Below, in pieces: positions 11,372-21,645 of a stretch of DNA of 64,000 nt. The position numbers were made by a program, and so were the translations under genes. The stretch's first letter is position 1; the number at the start of each line of letters is the position of its first letter. Source of the DNA: Carcharhinus amblyrhynchos (Eukaryota); NCBI GenBank assembly GCA_965287045.1, contig OZ336885.1:42346001-42410000 (forward strand). The letters run 5' to 3'. The notes beneath the pieces were generated by a model. It was not told where the DNA came from. It ran no database searches and was given only the letters and a program-made list of their open reading frames with translations.

Positions 11372-12227
11372 TTGGGGGGGGAGGGTGTGAGGGTAGGTGA
11401 CATTACGGGGTCTAAAGTTAAGGAGAGGGTACAGGTAAGGGAAGAGGCCGAGGATGTCCCAATAATAAAGGGAGTAGGGGGCATGAGTATGGTTGGTGGC
11501 GTTCTGGCAAATAGGGTACAGGTGAAGGCTGGGATGAAGGCACTTTATCTGAATGCACGAAGCATTCGGAATAAAGTGGATGAGCTGGTGGCGCAGATCA
11601 GCACAAATGGATATGATCTGGTGGCCATTACAGAGACGTGGCTGCAAGGTGACAGGGACTGGGAGCTGAATGTCCAGGGGTATCAAGTGTTTAGGAAGGA
11701 TAGGCGGGAGGAAAAAGGGGGGGGCATAGCTCTGCTGATTAAGGATAGCATCAGGGTGGTAACAAGGGATGATGTAGGAACCAAAGAGCAGAAAGTGGAA
11801 TCGTTGTGGGTGGAGATTAGGAACAGTAAAGGGAGGAAGACGCTGGTGGGTGTCGTCTATAGGCCCCCGAATAATGGAAAGGCTGAATAAACTAGGCTTG
11901 TACTCGTTAGAGTTTAGAAGAGTGAAGGGAGATCTCATTGAGACATATAAGATGATGAGTGGGATGGATAGGATAGAGGTGGAGAGACTCTTCCCGCTCA
12001 GAAAGGACAGTAGGACTAGGGGGCACAGCCTCAGGATAAAGGGGGGGCGGTTTAGAACGGAGTTGAGGAGGAACTTCTTCACTCAAAGGGTGGTGAATCT
12101 CTGGAATTCTCTGCCGGTTGAGGTGGTGGAGGCTGCCTCGCTAAATATTTTTAAGATGCAGGTTGATAGGTTTTTGATAAGCAAGGGGATTAAGGGTTAT
12201 GGGGAGAGGGCGGGAATGTGGAACTGA
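11372..12227 (+). pseudogene. CR1 ORF2: APE endonuclease N-half fused out of frame to the ORF2 C-terminal tail
   Basis: YLNARSIRNK, VAITETWL, RKDR..KGGGIALL, VVYRPPN, then RLNKLGLYSLEFRR...FFTQRVVNLWNSLP; the RT domain is absent. Confidence 0.9.
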
Positions 12228-12349
12228 GCCACAACAGATTAGCCATGATCTTATTGAATGGCGGGGCAGGCTCGAAGGGCTAGATGGCCTACTCCTGCTC
12301 CTATTTCTTATGTTCTTATGTTCTTATGACCAAGCCTCAGAGCTGGGCA

Positions 12350-12545
12350 TAAAGGCAAAATACTGCGGATGTTGGAATCTGATATAGACATAGAAAATGC
12401 TGAAAAAACTCAGCAGGTCTGACACATAAGAAATAAGAAATAGGAGCAGAAGTAGGCCATCTAGCCCCTCGAGCCTGCCCCGAGCCCCTCAAGCCTCGAG
12501 ATGACAGCATCTGTGGAGAGAGAATAGAGCCAATGTCCTTTCATC
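12350..12545 (+). repeat. Penelope-terminal-like short repeat interrupted by an antisense CR1 tail (12424-12500)
   Basis: AAATGCTGAAAAAACTCAGCAGGTCTGAC / AGCATCTGTGGAGAGAG split by the reverse complement of the CR1 3' end. Confidence 0.8.
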
Positions 12546-13771
12546 AGAGTTGATCTGTGCAATCTGTTGCACAGAGACACTTAGTTCAATATTAACCCTC
12601 GCATTTAGTGAGAATGGTTTGTGAGAGGAGTTAAGATTCGGCCCAGTCCACATGCATGCCTGAGGCTGCACCAATCCCACTTGACAATATTTTAACATCA
12701 TTGACTCTAGAATCAGCTGAGTTTGCCTTTGCAGGCAAGCGAGGATATAATTTAAATGTAAAAAGGCACAGAAATGCAAATGATCTCATAGCAAGGCAAA
12801 ATCTTTCTGAGGATCTGTGAGTTGGAGGGGGAGAGGAGGCTCCACCAGATTTCGAAGCAGCCTAGGAGATCTAGTGAAGTACAAGAGAGTGGCAGCAAGG
12901 GACTTGTGGAGGCGGGGAATGGAATCTGTGGGAAAGCTGGAGGAGTGCAACAGCCCAGTGAAGAGAAAGAAAAAAATTCTCAACTTCTCTTGCTTTGCTC
13001 TCCCTTTGTCTTTCCATAGCGCCATTTGGAAAGGAAAAATTGCAGCTCCACCTCCCTTCTCTACCTCCAAAATATCCTCTAGTGCATACCTCATGTTGGC
13101 TCTATTGATCTGAGATGGCAGCTAATTTCCACCTCAAATCATGCCTCTCATTGAGCTTGGGTGTGACTTAAATGTTTGGGTGATTATTCAAATGAATCTG
13201 GGCCAGGTCAGCCAGGCCTCCACATCCTCAGGTTCACCATGTACATTATATCTGCAGCTTCAACACCCACTACTATTAAAAAATTGTATGTAACAATTAA
13301 GATCACCTCCTCTTGACAATTTTATTTCTTGCCTTACTGCTGTCCTGTACCAAAGGAGTGTGCAAAAAGATCAACTCACTTTTCACCTATCTTCAATTTA
13401 CCAGTCATCCAAGGCCTGGGTGCTTCATTGTCCATAGACCCAACTTCCTGTCTTCACACTTCTCAAAGGAGTTGAAGTTATGTTTTTGTGATCAGGTGTC
13501 TTTGTCTCCTCCCCTGGTGTAGATATATTTCCCCCAGTAACGTGAATGTGAATTATCTCAAGTTTGGCTGCCTCTTGGAGGGAGGAACACCATAGGACAA
13601 GGCCTCAATCAGGAACAGATAAGTTTAAGGTTGGTGTTAGGGGAAGGGTAATGAGACGAGGAAGGATAGGGGGAGGAAAATGAGACAAAGAAAGCTAATA
13701 GCAGGGTGGGTGTGGGTAGGATCAGTGGTCAGTGTGGGGGGGGGGTGGGTACCCAAGCTGATGGAGATCAG

Positions 13772-14089
13772 GTGGCATGGTGACACAGTAGTTAGCATTG
13801 CTGCCTCATGGTACGAAAAACCCAGGTTCAATTCCAGCCTCAGGTGACTGTCTGTGTGGAGTTTGCACATTCTCCCGTGTCTGCATGTGTTTCCTCTGGG
13901 TGCTCCAGTTTCCTCCCATACTCCAAAGATGAGTGGGCTAGCTGGATTGGCCATGCTAAATTGACCCTTAGTGTCAGGGGGATTAAGAGGGTAAATATGC
14001 AATGTTACAGAGATAGGGCCTAGATGGGATTGTTATTATGCTGGCTTGATGGGCTGAATGGCCTCCTTCTGCACTGTAGGGATTCTATG
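13772..14089 (+). mobile_element. HE1-like SINE
   Basis: Head, B box GGTTCAATTCC, V-core and CTGTAGGGATTCTATG tail. Confidence 0.88.
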
Positions 14090-16214
14090 AAGATCACAGC
14101 AGGTTTATAGAGACTGATGGGGTGTGGTTAGTGATCATGGGAAGGGATAATCAGGGTAGGTGAGAAAATTGGAGTTCATGGAACTTGAATCAAATATAGG
14201 GTTAGCTGGTTGGTCCTGGAAGAAATGTTTTTAATCTTCCTGGCCCAAAATATAGCTGAGCTATAAGTGGATCCATCCCTTCCACATCCTTTTAGCTGTT
14301 GGATTTCCTAATGCTCAAGGTAACCCAACTGAATTAACAACAGGAAACTTGTTAGAATGGAGGTACACAACCTCCCTAAAAAGCTTCAGTAACTTCTGCC
14401 TCTTGACAGTGGACTGGTGGCCCTCATCTCACTTCCATTAAACTGGAAGTAAGCAGGTTTGGCTTTGAAATTTCCAATTAATACATCCCACCTGACTCTA
14501 ACCCACACTCCTTTGGAAGTTACAATCACACTCGAGGTGCATCAAAGTGTGAACCTTCATCTTAAAATTAATTTCTTCACAGCATGTAGTTGATTAACAT
14601 TATATTTGACCTGTGTGAATGTTATTGGAGCTGTGACACAAGGAATTCTCATAACCAACATTGGTACGTGATTCATTCAACCACAACAAGTTCTGAATCA
14701 ATTGGAAAGATCAGACATGCATCCATGTGAATGGTTGAACACTTTTACATGGTACTTTGAATAAACAGGACAGACACAATAAGTGTTCCCAAGCAGACAG
14801 ACTACTCTACAAAGTTCAGCATTTCATACCATCTTAAAACTGCGACTGTTTATTTGATTTTGTATTGGTCCATTGCCAGCCAGCATGTACCATGGAAGTA
14901 AACAGAAATGTATCAATTTCTTGTACTATTGTGCATTGTTTCGTGCTTGTGTGGGAATGATAGCTTCACCAGATTATCACGAAGTTCTTCAACTGCCCTT
15001 ACATGTCATGCCTGCAACCAAGCGGGAGTCAGTTCCAATGCCCTCCCCCCACAACTGATATCAGTAACCATGCGCAGATAATCTGGCAAAAAGTGAATGA
15101 GTGCACATTCTATTTATTGCAAATTCAAATAGTTGAATTTCTTAAAATATTCACAGTTAATTAATTCTTATGTTTATCTAAATTTCTTGGTCCCAGGCTA
15201 TTTAATTTCCATTGTTAACCTATAATTTCTTTCTGTCCATTCAAATCTACTTCTGAAGAAGCTATTAGTCACCCTACTAATACAACTTCTTTGACTCGGA
15301 GTAAACTTTTGCCTGAGAGACAGCTCGAGACATTTTCCTATGATTAAAAGTGCTACATAAATGAAAATTATTGTTGTTGTAACTACATCACATAATGTTC
15401 AATTGCAACAATAATGAATCTCCCGTGCCTCACTAAAATAACACTGCATGAAATACCAACAGTGAATGCTTATCATATTTGTGGTCTTACATATTGAAAT
15501 GTTTATCTCTTCATTTCCATTGAAATGTTTATCTCTTCATTTCCCAATTCTCATTTATATTGGAGCAAAGATCAAGGACGGAATTTTACACAATGGAATT
15601 TTACAGTTTTGCTGAAGTCAATGGACTTTGGAATGTTTCGCTGCATTTTACAGCCCCACCCCCACTGCAATGGGGCTGTGAAATTTCACCGCAAATCTTT
15701 AATAACTGCTGCCTCTCCACATTATATGACATTCAGTTGCAAATAACTGCTTAAATCCTTGGTGTGTGCTTTTGCTTGAATTCAATGAAAGCCTTTATAG
15801 TCTACTGCCTTTCATTACTGGCTCTATTCTCCTTTGGACGTGATCCACTTAGAATGATGGGTCTACTGTGAGTTCTGACAAATAAACAAGAGCTGTCTCA
15901 ATAAAAAAAGACTGTTCCCAATTCCTTTCCCTCTGAATACATTGCAGTACATATGGGAGAACAATTCATCGTTCTATTCAAACCCTTCACCTTGTATCAC
16001 CAGGAAATCAGAATTTTGGTCAAACTAATTTTTAGTTTTATGTCAATAATTTTATTTTATCTAAGGCTTTGTTCCAGTGTCTTGTGTAAATAAATCTTAG
16101 AGCTCCATTGCTTTTACAATGATTGTGACTACACTATTATTCAGAGTTCCACATTAATTAATATCAGTTACATTTATGCCAATGAGGTCATATAGCATAT
16201 AACACCTCCCTGTT

Positions 16215-16455
16215 TGGGTTCAAGTCCCACTTCAGAACATGTTGACCATGGAATGTCTCCATAACATGGCCAAGCAGATTGTTTATCAATCTGTAAATCC
16301 TTCTAATCCAGCTGATGGCAGGTGTTAAGAGCAGAAGAATTTCCTAGTTAACGTTACTGCAGAAGGCGATGGCAAACCAATGCAGTACCTTAGCACACAT
16401 AATAATGGACTAATTCAATGAAAATCCTACACCCTCTTTGGGCATGGTATAGGAG
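16215..16455 (+). mobile_element. SINE-like fragment carrying an RTE-type motif
   Basis: GGGTTCAAGTCCC B-box-like start; AGAAGGCGATGGCAAACCAATGCAGTA resembles the RTE GAAGGCAATGGCAAACCACTCCAGTA box. Confidence 0.45.
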
Positions 16456-16459
16456 GGTG

Positions 16460-16725
16460 GAGGTGGTATCGTAGTGATATTATTACTGGTCTACTAATCC
16501 AGAAACCCAGAGTAAGGGGGACCTGGCTTTGAATCCCACCACAGCAGATGGTGAAATTTGAATCCTCTAGAATCGGAAATTACAAGTTTAATTATGACCA
16601 TGAAACCACTGTCAATTGTTATAAAAACTTAGCTGGTTCACTAATGCTCTTTTTTAAAATCTGCCATCCTCACCTACTCTGGTCTACATGTGACTACAGG
16701 TCCACAGCGATGTGGTTATCTCTGA
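16460..16725 (+). mobile_element. tRNA-headed shark SINE (second family)
   Basis: Head with GAATCCCACC B-box region, GACCATGAAACCACTGTC core, ACATGTGACT..AG tail; homologous to 29250-29640 (-). Confidence 0.7.
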
Positions 16726-17052
16726 GATACTCCAATTCAAATTCTGCATGAATGAATTAAACTTATGCTAAAATTTCAGTTTATCTTTGACGTTTGCAAA
16801 TTTAATTCCAAAATCTAATAGAGATCTAATAGAGATACAAAATTGGAATATATCGACATGTTTCTTCCAACGTTTATATTCAAATATGTTCTATATAATT
16901 CAATTGCTGATTCCATATCTGCAATTCTGTGCCACAAGCTTTTGATTTTAAATGTTTTGCAAATCTATTTGGAAGTCTTGACCACACACCCCTTTTCATT
17001 CGATCATGAAGGCATGAAATAGTATAAATTCTGGTACATATATAAAACAGTC

Positions 17053-17190
17053 GTTGGAATTCTCTGGCCATTCACACTCCACCACTGCTGCCAGAAGAGG
17101 ATGGAGAATTTGGCACTCAGCCAAATTTTCATTCACTGCAGCGAGATGGGAAATTCTGCTGGCATGAATGGCCAGAAAATCCCACCCAAT
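17053..17190. mobile_element. Short palindromic MITE (Harbinger-type TIR)
   Basis: GGAATTCTCTGGCCATTCA ... TGAATGGCCAGAAAATCCC inverted ends; relatives at 15580-15690, 49225-49360 and 55200-55330. Confidence 0.7.
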
Positions 17191-17287
17191 GTCTCCATGA
17201 AACAAGGAAATACTAATTCCAACATTTCTTGCTTCAGGATGACTTTGTGATGTGATGGATTTTGGTAGACCTAATTAGTTTATATAA

Positions 17288-17571
17288 TACAATCCTTACA
17301 GTGCAGAAGGATAACATTCAGCCCATTGAGTTTACACTGACCACAATCCCATCCAGGCCCTATTCCCATAACCCTGCGTATTTACTGTGCTAATCCCTCT
17401 GACACTAGAGTCAATTGTCATGGCCAATCAACCTAACCTGTACATCTTTCGACTGTGGGAGGAAAGCCTCGCCAATTGTGCCAATTCCACTCAGACAGTG
17501 ACTTGTGGCTGGAATTGAACCTGGGTCCCTAGCGCTGTGAGGCAGCAATGCTCACAACCACTGTGCTGCCC
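17288..17571 (-). mobile_element. HE1-like SINE
   Basis: Same head/core/tail motifs as the other copies. Confidence 0.8.
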
Positions 17572-17579
17572 ACAATTGG

Positions 17580-18570
17580 TCGGCATTGGGGAGAGTTACA
17601 GAACAAAGGGATCTAGGGATACAGGTTCATAGCTCCGTGAAAGTGGAGTCACAAGTGGACAGGGTGGTGAAGAAGGCATTTGGCATGCTTGGCTTCATTG
17701 GTCAGGTCATGGAATACAGGAGTTGGGACGTTGAAGATGTGTAAGACGTTGGTAAATTCACACTTAGAACACTGTGTATAGCTCTAGTCATCCTATTATA
17801 GACAGGATATTATTAAACTAGAAAGACTGTATAGTGTAGACTGGGACTTTTTTTCCGTGGAGCATAAGAGACTTAGGGGTGATCTTATAGAGATCTACAA
17901 AATAATCATAGAATCACAGAATCCCTACAGCGCAGAAGGAAACCATTCAGCCCTTCAAGACTGCACCAACAACAATCCCACCCAGACCCTATCCCCGCAA
18001 ACCCACTCCTGCCTATTTACCTTGCTGGACCCCTGACACTAAGGGGCAATTTTGCATGGCCAATTAACCTAACCTATACATTTTTGAAGGGTGAATGGGA
18101 AACAGAGCACCCAGTGGAAACCCACACAGACACAGCGAGAATGTACAAACTTCACATAGACAGTAACCTGAGGCTGGAATTGAACCTGGTCCCTGGTGCT
18201 GTGAGGCAGCAATGCTAATCACTGAGGGGCATAGATAATGAAGGACAGATATAAGGTAGATACTCAACATGTTTTCCCAAAGGTAGAGGAGTCTAAAACT
18301 AGAGGGCATATGTTTAAGGTGAGAGGGGAGAGAAACAAAAGTTCCGGGGGCAAGTTTTTCACTCAGTGGATGATAAGTGTCCGGAACAAGTTGCCAGAGG
18401 TAGTAGTAGAGGCAAGTACAATTTTGTCTTTTAAAAAGCATTTGGATAGTTACATGGGTAAGATGGGTATAGAGGGATATGGGCCAAATGCAGGCAATTG
18501 GGACTAGCTTAATGGTAAAAACTGGGAGACATGGGCAAGTTTCCATGATGTAAACCTCATGACTATGAGA
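17580..18570 (+). mobile_element. Degenerate CR1 (HER1-like) ORF2 C-terminal fragment and 3' end, split by a SINE
   Basis: QRDLGIQVHSSVKV.SQVDRVVKKAFGML and KTRGHMFKVRGE..FFTQ..WNKLP motifs. Confidence 0.8.
17907..18223 (-). mobile_element. HE1-like SINE nested in CR1
   Basis: Tail CATAGAATCACAGAATCCCTACAG, V-core and B box. Confidence 0.85.
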
Positions 18571-18644
18571 TTACCAGAACATGAAGCCAACAAACAAGTA
18601 GAGAAATAATGAGATCATGTTTCCTGCCCCAAATTAAACATTTA

Positions 18645-18935
18645 CCATTGCTGAAAAGAGAGAAATGTTGCTGAAGCTTTTTATCTTGCACTCATCAAGA
18701 CAAACCCAATTTTAAATGATCACCATTTGTATTATAGGATTGGTTGGCAAAGCAATTCTGACTGTCCAGAACATTGCTATAGAGAAATGAATTGGGAACA
18801 GTGGACTCCAAAAACCTTTGGGTAATTCAAAAAAGGGGCAAGAGTTGAACATGTTCCTTCTGTTTGCAGGAAAGATGTTCTTGTGTTTGAATGTATATTG
18901 CTTCTAATAAGTGTAAATAACCCATCAACTATCAG
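18645..18935 (-). mobile_element. Penelope-like element 3' relic (GIY-YIG C-terminus plus terminal repeat)
   Basis: Minus strand 18830-18930 translates YLHLLEAIYIQTQEHLSCKQKEHVQLL (LLEA.YI....P.LC.QKE motif); degenerate hammerhead-like core at 18671-18700. Confidence 0.7.
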
Positions 18936-19099
18936 GAACCAATAAATTATTAGGAAGCTTGGGGACCCTTCTGTTCCTGTTGCCCTGTCCATAGCAATGC
19001 CCCAACTAATTAGAGTCAGCTCACTACTCTATTCTTTTGTTTGAATCTTGGCATTCTTGGGTTTTTTTAGTAAACTCACAGATAACTGCATTGCTTCTG

Positions 19100-20940
19100 G
19101 ATCAGCATTTTTGTTGCCCGTCCCTAATTGCCTTTGAGAAGGTGGTGGTGAGCTGCCTTCTTGAACTGCTGTGGTCCCTGTGGTATAGATATACCCATAG
19201 TGCTCTTAGGGAGGGATTTTTACCCTGTGACCATGAAGTAACAATGCTATATTTCCAAGTTGGAATGGTGAGTGGTTTGGAGGGAATATTCCAGGTGGGG
19301 GTGTTCTCATACATCACTGCCCTTGTCCCTCCAGATGCTAGCAGTCATGGGTTTAGAAGATGCTGTCTCAACTTGGTGAGTTCCTGTGGTGCACTGCTGC
19401 CATTGTACATCAATGATGAAGGGTGAATGTTTGTCAATAGGGTCCCAATAATATGGGCTGCTTTGTCCTGAATGGTGCCAAGCTTCTTGCATGCTTCTGG
19501 AGTTCCACTGATCCTGGCAAGTGGAGAGTACTCCATCACACTCCAGATTTGTGTCTTGTAGGTGGCATTCAGGCTTTGGGAAGTCAGGAGAAGAGTTATT
19601 TGAAACAGGATGGCTAGTCCAGTTCTGGTCACTGGTAATCTCCAGGATGTTGATAGTTGGAGATTTGGCAATGGTAACAAGAACATAGGAACTTGGAGCA
19701 GGAATAGGCCATCTGGCCTCTCGAGCCCGCTCTGACATTCAATTAGATCATGGCTGATCTTTTTGTGGACTCAGCTCCACTTACCAGCCGCAATGCCATT
19801 GAATGTTCAAGGACAATTGTTTCATTCTTTCTTGTTGGAGATGGTCATTGCTTGGCATTTGTGTGGTGCAAATGTTACTTGCCACTTGTCAGCCCAAGCC
19901 TGGATATTGTCTAGGCCTTGCTGTACTTGGTTATGACTGCTTCATTATCTGAGGAGTCACGAATGGCGTATTTTGCAATCACCAGCAAACATCCTCACTT
20001 CTGACTTTATGATGAATGCAAAATCATTATGAAGCAAAGATTGTAGAGCCTAGGATACTACCCCAAGGAACTCTTGCAGCAATGTCTTAGAACTGAGATG
20101 ATAGACCTCCAACAATCACAACCATCTTTCTTTTGCCAAGTATGACTCAACCTAGCAGAGAGTTTTCCTTCTGTTTCCCACTGACCCAGTTTTGTTAGAG
20201 CTCCTTGAATGTCATGCTATGTCAAATGCCGCCTTGATTTCAAGAGCAGTCACTCTCACCTCAGTAATTTTGTCCATATTTGAACAAAGACTGTAATGAG
20301 GTCAGCAGCTGAGTGACCCTGATGAAACCCAAACTGCACATCTCTGAGCAGGTTATTATTAACTAGATGCCACTTGATAGCACTGTTAATGATCTCTTCC
20401 ATCACTTTACTGATGATCGAGAGTAGACTGATGGGGCGGTAATTTGTCAGGTTGGATTTGTCTTGCTTTTTATATACAGGACATATATGGGCTATTTTCC
20501 ACTTTTCTAGATAGATGTCAGTGTCTTAGTCATACTAGAACAACTTGGCTAAGGGTGCAGCAAGTTCCAGAACACATGTCTTCAGTAATATTACCAAAAT
20601 TTTATCAGGGTCCATAGCCTTTGCAGTATACAATAACTTCAGCTATTTCTTGATAACATGTAGAGTGAATTGAATTGGCTGAAGACAGGTACCTGCAAAG
20701 TTGGGGATCTCAGGAGGAGGCCAACACAGATCATCCACCTGGCACATTCGGCTGAAGATGTTGCGAATGCTCCAGCCTTCCCTTTTGTAGACATGAGCAC
20801 GATTAAGGACATTTATAGAAACCCCTCCTCCAGTGACTTCCTTACATGTTCACCACAATTTATAATTTGATGTGGCAGGACTGCAGAGCTTAGATCTGAT
20901 CCATTTGTTGTGGGGCCACTTAGCCCTGTCCATCGCTGTT
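19100..20940 (-). mobile_element. Degenerate CR1/L2-clade LINE, RT and 3' end, with a nested CR1 tail at 19675-19795
   Basis: YKTQIWSVMEYSPLA..KKLGTIQDKAAHIIG motif; LEIKAAFD-like RT motif at ~20220-20245; many stops. Confidence 0.8.
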
Positions 20941-21519
20941 ATTTAATGTTTCAAATATTTGTCCTTTGCTTAACAGTGTTAGTTGTTTAACAGGAAAGAG
21001 GCAAACATTTAGCTCATCAGTCAAACAGATGTGTAAGTGTAACATCAGTTCCAGCTTGGATAAATGAACAAAGTTTGGATATTTACTCACAGCAGGCCTA
21101 TAATGTAAGTTTTCACAAGGATAACTGTTTTGTCAAGTTTCCACATAACACTGTCACAAGTAAGTAGTGAGCCAGGTTTTCACAGCCACAACACGACAGG
21201 CAACGTATATTGTCAGTGATCTGATTCTACTTAGTGCGTTATAATGCTTGTGTAGTGTTTAAGAGTATTTTGTCACAGTGTAGAGGAGAAAGGGAATCTG
21301 TGTTCTTTGCTGCAGTGCTTTAAATGACACTTCGTAAATTCAATGCTTTTCCAATGTTTCGACTCTGGTTAAACATTCTCCTAACAAAGCATGTAGCAGT
21401 GGGAGTTGATGGCTGAGCCAACTGCTTTAGCTGCCTCTGACTTCTCAAGCCAGCCATTGATATGAATCACCAGTGTCAATAGATGTGTCACCATCTCAAA
21501 GGGTTAATTACAAAGTGCC

Positions 21520-21645
21520 GGCAATGGTTCAGTTAATACCTCTCACCTCCAAGTCAGAAGGTTGTGGGTTCAAGTCTTACTCCAAAAATCTAGAAAACAA
21601 AATCTTGTGGGTGATACTGGAGGTGCCATCTTTCAGATGAGAAAT
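21520..21645 (+). mobile_element. DeuSINE-type SINE 5' fragment
   Basis: AGTCAGAAGGTTGTGGGTTCAAGTC head and GGAGGTGCCATCTTTCAGATGAGA Deu-core motif; probable 3' part at 22370-22560. Confidence 0.65.

Larger units (their letters stand above)
9800..12328 (+). mobile_element. Young CR1 LINE, 5'-complete but with most of ORF2 deleted
   Basis: 5' UTR, ORF1, APE endonuclease start, then direct fusion at ~11880 to the ORF2 C-terminus, 3' UTR and (TTCTTATG)n tail; 5' boundary approximate. Confidence 0.9.

Noticed and set aside
10319-12082. Antisense ORFs of 238 and 239 aa
   Set aside because: Shadow frames of purine-rich CR1 coding sequence with no recognisable motifs
15492-15543. 26-bp direct duplication ATTGAAATGTTTATCTCTTCATTTCC
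   Set aside because: Simple local tandem duplication with no associated element
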